Below are positions 1 through 7,494 of a stretch of 11,363 nt of DNA, one piece after another (within the stretch, counting starts at the first letter, position 1; every line of letters begins with the position of its first letter). Source of the DNA: an uncultured Candidatus Saccharibacteria bacterium (GTDB lineage Bacteria; Patescibacteriota; Minisyncoccia; Phycocordibacterales; Zambryskibacteraceae); assembly GCA_964349945.1 (NCBI GenBank), contig CAYGIH010000001.1, positions 361,218-372,580 on the forward strand, in the 5' to 3' direction. Below the pieces are notes generated by a model. The model searched no databases. It was given only the letters and a program-made list of their open reading frames with translations, and was not told the DNA's origin. Both the position numbers and the translations under genes were made by a program.

Positions 1-37
1 TAACTCCACCCTTCTCTCATCTGATAAAGTACTCATA

Positions 38-748
38 TTATGTATAGTTTACATCAAGAAAATCCAGAAGTGCTTCTTCAGGATCATTGGCTCCAAAAAT
101 TGCTGAGCCTATGATAATCCTATCAACCCCTGCATCCTTTATAGATTCAATATTTTCCAGAGTCACTCCTCCATCAAGAGATATTATTGTGTCAGGAAAT
201 TTTCCTTTCAACGATTTGATTTTATCTAATACTTTTGAATCAAATTCATACCCTTGTTTACCTATCTCATCAATACTCATAATGTGTATAAAGTCTGCCT
301 CTAAAACATGAGGGTATAATTTTTCTAATGGAGTGCCCATATCAATAGCCAAACCAACTTCTACACCAAGAAAAGCTGCCCCTTCTTTAAACCTATTTTT
401 TAATAATACTAAAAATCTTGAAAGTTCATTTGGATCTTCATATGATTCTAAATGCACAATAATTCTCTCTGCTCCGGCTTTTATCCAATCCTCCACTATT
501 TCTTCTGGCTTGTTAACCATAAGATGTGCCTCAAAACTCACATCTTCCCAGAATGGGAATCCTTCAACTTCTTCGGTAACCTTTAGAAATTCTCTAATGT
601 CTCCAGAGTATGGCCAGTTTGAATCTGGGGTCATCGTCCCATTGGTAATATCTATGTGGACCATAGATACTTTACCCACCATAAGCCCCAGCTTCTCTTC
701 TAGGTCATCAAAATCTTTTGGAAGAATTGCTGGGATAATCTCACTCAT
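38..748 (-). CDS. rpe: Ribulose-phosphate 3-epimerase family protein (ribulose-phosphate-binding TIM barrel), somewhat divergent
   Basis: 236 aa. N-terminal 'IIPAILPKDF' resembles the Rpe 'IAPSILSADF' motif. 'HLMV', 'SLDGGV' and 'GSAIF' match conserved Rpe motifs. ATG at 748..746; overlaps the rpiB stop by 8 nt (ATGAGTGA). The metal-ligand loop 'HIDITNGTMTPDSNWPY' is longer than canonical, so the call is at family level. Confidence 0.72.
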   Translation of the reverse strand: MSEIIPAILPKDFDDLEEKLGLMVGKVSMVHIDITNGTMTPDSNWPYSGDIREFLKVTEEVEGFPFWEDVSFEAHLMVNKPEEIVEDWIKAGAERIIVHLESYEDPNELSRFLVLLKNRFKEGAAFLGVEVGLAIDMGTPLEKLYPHVLEADFIHIMSIDEIGKQGYEFDSKVLDKIKSLKGKFPDTIISLDGGVTLENIESIKDAGVDRIIIGSAIFGANDPEEALLDFLDVNYT

Positions 749-1214
749 GAATATTGTCCATCTTGTTTATTCTTCTAATATGACGTTCGTCTTGGGAGAA
801 TGGAGTGTCGAGCCATGTACTTACAGCATGCTTCATTTGATCTTCATTTATAAAACGAGCCCCTAGAGAAAGGATATTCGAATCATTATGCTCCTTGGCT
901 AACTTAATTATTGACTCTCGGTCTTCAACTACTGTTCCGGCATCACCATAATAAACAGTAGCCCGCACATGCTTAAATTTATTGGCACACATTGCTTCTC
1001 CCTGACCAGTACCTCCGAGGATAATTCCCTTGACCTCATTTGGATGCATAGAAACCTCTCTGGCTACAGGAATTATATAATCAGGATAATCATCATCTTC
1101 TGTATATTCTCGTGCGCCCAAATCTACAACCTCATGTCCCAAACTAATAAGATATGGCACCAATTTCTCCTTGAGTCCAAAGCCTGCATGATCTGTGCCT
1201 ATAAATATTTTCAT
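741..1214 (-). CDS. rpiB: Ribose-5-phosphate isomerase B (RpiB/LacAB family)
   Basis: 157 aa. N-terminal 'MKIFIGTDHAGFGLKEKL' is the RpiB signature, and there is a 'GGTGQGEAMCANK' active-site region. Size is typical (~150 aa). ATG at 1214..1212, TGA stop at 743..741. Confidence 0.85.
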   Translation of the reverse strand: MKIFIGTDHAGFGLKEKLVPYLISLGHEVVDLGAREYTEDDDYPDYIIPVAREVSMHPNEVKGIILGGTGQGEAMCANKFKHVRATVYYGDAGTVVEDRESIIKLAKEHNDSNILSLGARFINEDQMKHAVSTWLDTPFSQDERHIRRINKMDNIHE

Positions 1215-1218
1215 AGTT

Positions 1219-2211
1219 TTATTTTATCGCATTTCCAAGCTTTACCACATGCTCCACTAATGTGTGTGTATAACCCATTTCATTGTCGTACCATGCGAGG
1301 ACTTTCACCAAATTTCCCCCAACTACTCGAGTGAAGTTTAGGTCAGCAATAGAAGCATGAGCTGAATCACGAACATCAGAAGACACAATTGGTTCGCTCG
1401 TCACCTCAAAGATATTTTTCCACTTTTCTGTCTTCGATGCTTCTGTGAGGATTTTATTTATCTCTTCTACTGTTGTATCTCGTTTGGTTATAAAAGTAAT
1501 ATCTGCGATAGAACCAATAACTGTTGGCACACGTATTGATATACCATCAAACTTTCCATCCAGTTGTTTGAGTGCTTTTCCGACTGCAATCGCTGCCCCT
1601 GTAGAACTAGGTACAATGTTTTGTGCGGCTGCTCTACCTTCTCGGAAATCCTTTTTGTTTGGACCATCTACAATTCCTTGGCTTGCTGTGTATGAATGTA
1701 CAGTATTAAGAATTGCTTTTTCTACTCCAAGCGCTTCATCAAGGATAGCCAACACTGGTGAAGCTGCATTTGTAGTACAAGAAGCATTAGATGTGATGAT
1801 ACTGGTCTCAAATTTGTCTTCATTTATACCCAAGAGCACCGTGGCTCCTTCTATAGTAGTTGGTTCGTCTTTCATAGGCGCGGTCACCACCACTCTCTTT
1901 GCCCCCGCATCAATATGATCCTTGGCTAATTCATATTTGGTATAAAAACCAGTAGATTCAACTACTACATCTATATCCAAATCCTTCCAAGGTAAATTTT
2001 TGGCCTCTTTTTCAGATAAAAACTTTACTCCTTCTAGACTCACATCACTCTGACCATAAACAGTGTCATATTTTAGAAGATAAGCAATATTCTCTTTATC
2101 TCCGAGGTCGTTTATGGCCACCACCTCTAACTCTGGTCGTTTTAAAGCCAATTTATAAAATGCTCGACCAATTCGGCCAGCGCCATTTATGGCTACTCTC
2201 GTTTTTTTCAT
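1219..2211 (-). CDS. gap: Glyceraldehyde-3-phosphate dehydrogenase, type I
   Basis: 330 aa. 'RVAINGAGRIGR' Rossmann/NAD motif. Catalytic 'SNASCTTNAASP' (ASCTTN with the active-site Cys). Typical length. ATG at 2211..2209 with AAGGA immediately upstream. Only 4 nt from the rpiB start. Confidence 0.93.
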   Translation of the reverse strand: MKKTRVAINGAGRIGRAFYKLALKRPELEVVAINDLGDKENIAYLLKYDTVYGQSDVSLEGVKFLSEKEAKNLPWKDLDIDVVVESTGFYTKYELAKDHIDAGAKRVVVTAPMKDEPTTIEGATVLLGINEDKFETSIITSNASCTTNAASPVLAILDEALGVEKAILNTVHSYTASQGIVDGPNKKDFREGRAAAQNIVPSSTGAAIAVGKALKQLDGKFDGISIRVPTVIGSIADITFITKRDTTVEEINKILTEASKTEKWKNIFEVTSEPIVSSDVRDSAHASIADLNFTRVVGGNLVKVLAWYDNEMGYTHTLVEHVVKLGNAIK

Positions 2212-2225
2212 CCTTATATTATAAC

Positions 2226-4553
2226 CTATTTCAAAGCTGGAACTTCCTCTATTTCACACACTCCACCTGCACAAGCCAGCTCTTTTTTAAGCTCTGTCTC
2301 ATCATTCATCTCATAGGTCATAATCTTGGAGAAATCTATATCCTTAAACCTTTCTACGAGTTCTTTATATCTCTTCTCATCTATTTCTTCATAAGGAGCG
2401 AGTTGATAAACGTGATTGTCCCTAGGTAGGAACGAGAGTCCTCCTATGATATCCCAATTCTCATATAACCAATTAGCCACGATGATCCACTCATCCTCTC
2501 CAATAGAAATAGTGACTGATGGATTGTGTTCAGTAAAGTTAACCTTCACATTCTTCCAATATTCGAGTTGTTCAATCGCTGATTGATCCTTTTTAAAGAT
2601 TGAACCTCCGGGAGCCTTCACTGGGAAATCAATCACATATGTAGTGGCACTATCCATCGATTGCCCAACTTCTGGGGCATAAGGAACTCCTTGGTCTCGA
2701 AGCATTTTAAATAATGCATCTGTAGAAGCAATTCTCACTCGACGAATATAGAAAGGTGCAAATCTTGGATGCATACCTGATGAACAATCGACTGTTTGGG
2801 AAAGATTACCAGATGGTTTAGTACATGTGATACATGTTGATTCATTTATACCAAATCTCTTTGCGAATAATTTATTTACTCGAATTGATTCCTTGCGGAG
2901 TTTCTCAAGCATTTTTGGTTCACGAACTTTTGGAGAATCCCACTGACCAGTGATGGAAACACCGAGGAGTCTTTCTGCTTCGCAGTTTGTTTTCCATTCT
3001 TTGGATAGATATGGGAAATATGTGAGAGTGGATTGATAGGTACCTATAATAGTAGCCACTCTAATTTTTCTCATTAGAGATTCTTCATCATCATCTGCTC
3101 GAGCCACAACTTCAGAGAGATTACAAAATTGTTTTGATTGAAGAATAATTTCTCCACAAGGATTTGTTCCCCATTGTGGAAGTTCACCTCCATCAAATTG
3201 AGTGATACGACGCGCTGGCAATGTCTTAGGTAAACTACCCGCATTGAATATTCCCCTCTCTCCAGAACCAGATTTCATAAGAGCAATCCATTCTTCTAGG
3301 AATTCTGTTGAAGATGGTTTTGAATCATAAACTGCAGAATTGTTCGCAAGCATTCTCTGTGGATCAGTATTCCAAAATTGTCCCTTCTTAGCATCACGGA
3401 TTTCGTTGTCATATAGGTCAGAAAGTGAAATCATGGCGCTTCTCCTCACTCCTCCTGAGACTACTATTTGGCCAATCATACAGAGGATGTCATGAGCATC
3501 AATGTTTGCAAGTCTACGGCCTTGTCTAGCCAAAATTTTGGTTCGGCTAAAGCTTAATAGTTGTCTAAGTGGTTCTGGGCCAGAAGATTTACCTCCCATA
3601 GTAGCGAGTCTTGCTCCAGCTGGACGAAGTCCTGAGAAATCAAAAGTAATGTCACTGCCATCTGCCCAAGTTTTTAGACCCAAAGCCAAGGCGTCACACC
3701 AACCTTCTTTTGAATCTGGAATTTTGTATGTTGGTAACATCTTGCCAGTCTGTTTTTTAATTTGAGGAAGTTGTTGAATATTTTCACTCTGCACTGCCCA
3801 ACCAGCACCAGTACCACACATGGAGATATACATTACTTCTGCGAAGTCTTGCCATTTCGTTGGAGCGATGAATGAACAGTTGTATGCGCAAACATTTGTG
3901 GCACGAGCTGCCTTACCTGCGAATTGTAGTAAACGCATAGAAGGCATCGCTTCTTGTCTAAGGATTGATTCTCTAACTTCTGCATACTCACTTGGTTTTA
4001 ATTTGTTCCCAAGATTTTCTTTCATGAAGTTTACATATCTATCAACAGTCTCTATCCATGTCTCTCGACGATTTTCTTCTGCAATCCATCTTGAATAAGT
4101 TCTATAGTAAACAAATTCACCAAGTGAGTTTTTAAAATAAGATTTACTTTCTTCTGCAAGTTTTCTAACTCTCTCCGGAACTTCTACTCCTTTATATCTA
4201 AGAGCGTTGCGTTTCTCTCTATATAAAATATATGCTTTGGCTGTAGCAATGTATTCAGAAAGCATTAATTCTTTCTCTACAGAATTTTGCACACCCTCAA
4301 CTGTAGGGATAAAGCCTGGATGTTTCTTAGAAATACGCACAATGTCTGCATAAACTTGATTAGCAATCATTTCTGCTTCTTCAGGAGAACCTTCTCCAGT
4401 GGCAACCATGGCTTTGTTGACTGCAGAAGCAATCCTATCCAAATCAAATGGAACAATTAATCCATTTCTCTTTTGAACTTGAGTGATCAAAAGTTTTTTT
4501 TGTTTTTTCTCTGCTCCCTTTACTGCCTCTATCTTTCTATTTGACTTTGCCAT
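2226..4553 (-). CDS. nrdJ: Ribonucleotide reductase, class II (adenosylcobalamin-dependent) with N-terminal ATP-cone
   Basis: 775 aa. N-terminal 'LITQVQKRNGLIVPFDLDRIASAVNKA' looks like an ATP-cone. 'TNPCGEIILQ' is a class II-type finger-loop Cys motif rather than the class I 'NLCxEI'. C-terminal 'CAGGVC' redox Cys pair near the end. No nrdB/nrdF partner nearby. 14-nt gap to gap. Confidence 0.78.
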   Translation of the reverse strand: MAKSNRKIEAVKGAEKKQKKLLITQVQKRNGLIVPFDLDRIASAVNKAMVATGEGSPEEAEMIANQVYADIVRISKKHPGFIPTVEGVQNSVEKELMLSEYIATAKAYILYREKRNALRYKGVEVPERVRKLAEESKSYFKNSLGEFVYYRTYSRWIAEENRRETWIETVDRYVNFMKENLGNKLKPSEYAEVRESILRQEAMPSMRLLQFAGKAARATNVCAYNCSFIAPTKWQDFAEVMYISMCGTGAGWAVQSENIQQLPQIKKQTGKMLPTYKIPDSKEGWCDALALGLKTWADGSDITFDFSGLRPAGARLATMGGKSSGPEPLRQLLSFSRTKILARQGRRLANIDAHDILCMIGQIVVSGGVRRSAMISLSDLYDNEIRDAKKGQFWNTDPQRMLANNSAVYDSKPSSTEFLEEWIALMKSGSGERGIFNAGSLPKTLPARRITQFDGGELPQWGTNPCGEIILQSKQFCNLSEVVARADDDEESLMRKIRVATIIGTYQSTLTYFPYLSKEWKTNCEAERLLGVSITGQWDSPKVREPKMLEKLRKESIRVNKLFAKRFGINESTCITCTKPSGNLSQTVDCSSGMHPRFAPFYIRRVRIASTDALFKMLRDQGVPYAPEVGQSMDSATTYVIDFPVKAPGGSIFKKDQSAIEQLEYWKNVKVNFTEHNPSVTISIGEDEWIIVANWLYENWDIIGGLSFLPRDNHVYQLAPYEEIDEKRYKELVERFKDIDFSKIMTYEMNDETELKKELACAGGVCEIEEVPALK

Positions 4554-4735
4554 GGATTAATTGTTTTATACTGTTTGTAAAATTACGGACTTAGTGCCTA
4601 TTGTATGAAAAAATGGAGACAAAAAACTGTGGATAACCATTTCTTTTGACTCAAAAAATAAAAAGCTCCAACTGTAAAGATGTCTCTTAAAATAGGAGTA
4701 GTCTAAAGGTCAAAATTAGCTAAAAAATCCTAAAA

Positions 4736-5206
4736 TTATTGAGGCTCTGACAAAAAATCACCGACTGAAATACTGTGTGCGTCGCAAAATCCACCAGGTA
4801 GTTCGAGGACCAAATTGGCTGGTTTAGAAGGATAAAACATCGTTGGATATGTGTCTGGAGAAACATTTTTTTCTATAAAAACAATCTGATTATCTTGTAT
4901 CCAAACAATATCTATTGAGAATTTCATATCCTTCATCCAGAATCCATGCTTGTCTGGCTCATCGAAAATAAAAAGCATACCTTCGTTCTCCTTCAATTCA
5001 CCCTTGTCACTTAATCCTCGCTTTTTTTCAACTAAAGTTTCCGCAACAGAAACAAAAATTGGGATATCTTTTACTAAAACAGTCTTTTTTTGTGTTGTTT
5101 TAACCAAACAGTTTACTGAATCACAATGATAAGGCAAAAACCAAATGCTTAAAGTTAAAAGTACTGCTGTCATCAATAAGACAAAAACTTTTTTCTTGAA
5201 ACTCAT
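4736..5206 (-). CDS. Secreted/membrane-anchored DUF192 family protein (unknown function)
   Basis: 156 aa. N-terminal hydrophobic signal/anchor 'VFVLLMTAVLLTLSIWFL'. The 'AETLVEKKRGLSDKGELKENEGMLFIFDEPDKHGFWMKDMKFSIDIVWIQDNQIV' segment matches the DUF192 pattern (..RGLM.R..L....GMLF.F.......FWMKNT...LDI.F.D..G.I). ATG at 5206..5204. Confidence 0.68.
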   Translation of the reverse strand: MSFKKKVFVLLMTAVLLTLSIWFLPYHCDSVNCLVKTTQKKTVLVKDIPIFVSVAETLVEKKRGLSDKGELKENEGMLFIFDEPDKHGFWMKDMKFSIDIVWIQDNQIVFIEKNVSPDTYPTMFYPSKPANLVLELPGGFCDAHSISVGDFLSEPQ

Positions 5207-5230
5207 ATATTAATTATACATTCAATAATC

Positions 5231-5257
5231 AAAAAACTCCCTGAAGGGAGTTTTTTG
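5231..5257 (-). terminator. Rho-independent terminator hairpin (perfect 12-bp stem, 3-nt loop, T/A tracts on both sides; potentially bidirectional)
   Basis: Plus strand reads AAAAAACTCCCT-gaa-AGGGAGTTTTTT. On the minus strand this gives stem GGGAG plus a U-tract about 36 nt downstream of the RRM gene stop (5293). Confidence 0.85.
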
Positions 5258-5292
5258 ATTAACGTGTGTGAGCCTTGCGACCCACTCAAGCA

Positions 5293-5577
5293 TTACATAG
5301 GACGTCGATTGTCTCTAGGAGCACGAGGCTCTAGAGGACGAGCGATGTTTACGGTAAGTTTTCTTCCTTCGAAGTCTTGTCCGTTCCACATGTTGATAGC
5401 TGCATCAGCACCGTTCTGATCCGCCATTTCGACGAAACCGAAACCTTTGCTTCTGCCAGTCATACGGTCGATGATAATCGCTGCTGATACAACTGATCCT
5501 GCTTTTGCGAATGCATCGCGTAAAGCAGCTTCAGTTGTTGTATAAGGGATTCCACCAACGTATAGCTTTGTAGGCAT
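5293..5577 (-). CDS. RRM-type RNA-binding protein (single RNA recognition motif, glycine/arginine-poor short tail)
   Basis: 94 aa. RNP2 'KLYVGGIPY' and RNP1 'KGFGFVEM' are in the canonical positions. ATG at 5577..5575, preceded by the purine-rich 'GAAAGAAGAAT'. GC content (~48%) is higher than the surrounding genes (~38-40%). Confidence 0.9.
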   Translation of the reverse strand: MPTKLYVGGIPYTTTEAALRDAFAKAGSVVSAAIIIDRMTGRSKGFGFVEMADQNGADAAINMWNGQDFEGRKLTVNIARPLEPRAPRDNRRPM

Positions 5578-5694
5578 ATTCTTCTTTCAAATTTGCCAGC
5601 CTTTAAATTAATTATGTAAGCGCTGGACTCTTCTCTCTCACACACTCTTCGGATTTCCCTAGGAAGCATAGAACGAGAAACTTACATACTCTCT

Positions 5695-5723
5695 ATCATA
5701 TACCTTTTTTTCTCTTTTGTCAA
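5695..5723 (-). promoter_or_regulatory. Sigma70-like promoter for the RRM gene: -35 TTGACA (5723..5718), 17-nt spacer, -10 TATGAT (5700..5695)
   Basis: Read directly on the minus strand: GGTTGACAAAAGAGAAAAAAAGGTATATGATAGAG. Predicts a TSS near 5688, hence a ~110-nt 5' UTR before the ATG at 5577. Confidence 0.55.
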
Positions 5724-5754
5724 CCATCTGGGGAAAACCTTAAAATATGGCTAA

Positions 5755-7494
5755 CTATTCACCTATATCATGTTCAATCTCTTTCATCTGTTTATGAATC
5801 ACTTTTTCTGCATCTTGAATATTTTGTCTGAACCTCTCTATGATAACTGCTTCTTCTTCAGTTAATCTTCTTCGACTCTTGGTCTTCTCAAGTAAGTGAA
5901 TGCTATCTTCTATATCTTCCTTGAGTAAGGCAAGTGCTTTATCTACCATATGTTCAACATCATGGAGCTCTCTACCAACTTTCTTTCTCATTTGTCTAAC
6001 TTTGTTGTATCCATAAAGGGCTAAAAAAATTAAGAAGAATATCAAGGCCAAAAGTGGGATGGCGAGAGAGAAGAATTTAGTGAGACCAACTCCAATTGAT
6101 TCAAACCAACCAGCATTCACCAATACTACCTTTGAAGTTGAATGTAGGCTTTCTGCCCCTCGACTGTCTATGGATACAGCGGTTAGTTTATAAACACCAC
6201 TCGTGAGTTTGCTTCCGTCTATAGAACCAGAAAACCCTCCTGCGCTATCCGTGTTCACTATTATAGACACTTCATCACTACCAGTTTTGTTCATGATGAT
6301 ACGCACTTGATTACCTATAGCACCCTTGCCATGAACAATCAGTGGATCATTGCCTGAAACCTTCTCTGTATAAGAAGTAATAATTGGTGACTCTATACCA
6401 GTAATAGAAAAGTTTGTAGACGCAGTAGAGAAATTCCCAGCATAATCAAAAGCTTTAGATACAAGAGTGTGGATACCTGGACCAAGGACTGGTGCACGAT
6501 AAACTCCTGTGCCATCATCCTCCCATATAACAGGGGCAAGTGAATCAATTTGGATTGAATAATTTTTAACTCCGGATGTGACGTCTGTAGCTGAAAGACT
6601 AAAGCTTGGTCTTGGTTCGGTCGAATCAGAAGATGGAATCTCCTTCACACTAAAGTTTTCTGGAGGTACAGTATCAACTCTAAACATATAATGTGCTGGC
6701 TGACCCCAACCTTTCGAATTCTTTAATTGCACATGCATATACCAAATACCATCATCAGTGTTGGCAATTTGTTTGGAGCTGATTGGTGGAGCATAGACGA
6801 TTGTCCCTTCAGAAGTTGGTTCCTTGCCTGCTAGTAACCGCACCGATGTTATGTCTGGAGAAAGTTTCCATGAGAATGTCCCAATTTTACTTGTATACCA
6901 TGTGCCTTGAACAGGATACTCGCTTGAATTTATTACTGGTGGTTTAGGCACTCCTGCCACCACGGCTGGGGTATCAATTACAACTGGTGCTGGTTCTGCT
7001 GCTGAAGAACTCTGTAAAGTAAAGGTGGCTGTATTTTGATTTATAAGAATATTCGTACCATTACCATCATTGGCTAGTAGTTGTGATGCTCCGAATCTTA
7101 CAGGAGCTTCGCCTTGTCCGATAACTCTAAAATTAATGGTAACTATCCTACCAGCAGTACCTTGAAATCCTGGATTAGGCACAACCCCTTCGAAAGTTAC
7201 TGTACCTGAATTATTTGAATATGTAGGTTCTGTTACCCATAGACTCAAAATAGAAGAAGTTTTAGAAACAGAAACAACTTGTAATTTATCTACAGGGAAA
7301 GTGACAGTACCAGAAACAGCATTAATAGCTTGATTAGTAGAAGTGACATAAACATTTACAGGAAAAGTTTTTCCTGTTTGATAAACGCCCACGCTAGGAC
7401 TTAATCCAAGAGTATTGGCAAAGGCAAAAAGCGGAAAAAGAAAAAATAGAACAAGAGCTATAGAAACATTTTTAAAATGTATGAAAGAACACAT
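5755..7494 (-). CDS. Type I membrane protein: signal peptide – cohesin-like domain – 3 Ig-like beta-sandwich domains – TM helix – ~85-aa charged coiled-coil-like cytoplasmic tail
   Basis: 579 aa. Signal peptide 'VSIALVLFFLFPLFAFA'. The N-terminal domain is paralogous to the upstream 260-aa protein (INAVSGTV..P.D / GFQG / LLANDGNGT). Later domains carry the 'AxDxAGNxS'-type Ig motif ('AFDYAGNFS'). TM 'FFSLAIPLLALIFFLIFLALYGY'. Tail 'NKVRQMRKKVGRELHDVEHMVDKALALLKEDIEDSIHLLEKTKSRRRLTEEEAVIIERFRQNIQDAEKVIHKQMKEIEHDIGE'. ATG at 7494; 37-nt overlap with the upstream gene. Confidence 0.6.
   Translation of the reverse strand: MCSFIHFKNVSIALVLFFLFPLFAFANTLGLSPSVGVYQTGKTFPVNVYVTSTNQAINAVSGTVTFPVDKLQVVSVSKTSSILSLWVTEPTYSNNSGTVTFEGVVPNPGFQGTAGRIVTINFRVIGQGEAPVRFGASQLLANDGNGTNILINQNTATFTLQSSSAAEPAPVVIDTPAVVAGVPKPPVINSSEYPVQGTWYTSKIGTFSWKLSPDITSVRLLAGKEPTSEGTIVYAPPISSKQIANTDDGIWYMHVQLKNSKGWGQPAHYMFRVDTVPPENFSVKEIPSSDSTEPRPSFSLSATDVTSGVKNYSIQIDSLAPVIWEDDGTGVYRAPVLGPGIHTLVSKAFDYAGNFSTASTNFSITGIESPIITSYTEKVSGNDPLIVHGKGAIGNQVRIIMNKTGSDEVSIIVNTDSAGGFSGSIDGSKLTSGVYKLTAVSIDSRGAESLHSTSKVVLVNAGWFESIGVGLTKFFSLAIPLLALIFFLIFLALYGYNKVRQMRKKVGRELHDVEHMVDKALALLKEDIEDSIHLLEKTKSRRRLTEEEAVIIERFRQNIQDAEKVIHKQMKEIEHDIGE

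Noticed and set aside
1445-1918. 157-aa plus-strand ORF antisense to gap. The same applies to the plus-strand ORFs at 87..311, 333..866, 969..1334, 2160..2429, 3502..3765 and 3820..4098.
   Set aside because: All lie entirely inside well-supported minus-strand genes (rpe, rpiB, gap, nrdJ). Their translations are low-complexity with no recognisable motifs. They are antisense frame artifacts.
4554-4735. Possible cobalamin riboswitch upstream of the B12-dependent RNR
   Set aside because: The region is only 182 nt and extremely AT-rich. No B12-box-like GC-rich core (…GCCACTG…) and no paired stems are apparent. More likely a plain promoter and leader.
5460-5669. 69-aa minus-strand ORF overlapping the RRM gene start and its 5' UTR
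   Set aside because: It is out of frame with the strongly supported RRM CDS. It has no motifs and would start inside the predicted 5' UTR.
5724-5754. Possible terminator hairpin between the cohesin-stalk gene stop and the RRM promoter (ccatctggggaaaaccttaaaatatgg)
   Set aside because: Only an imperfect 5/6 inverted repeat at the ends with a long, unpaired interior. Not a convincing stem-loop.
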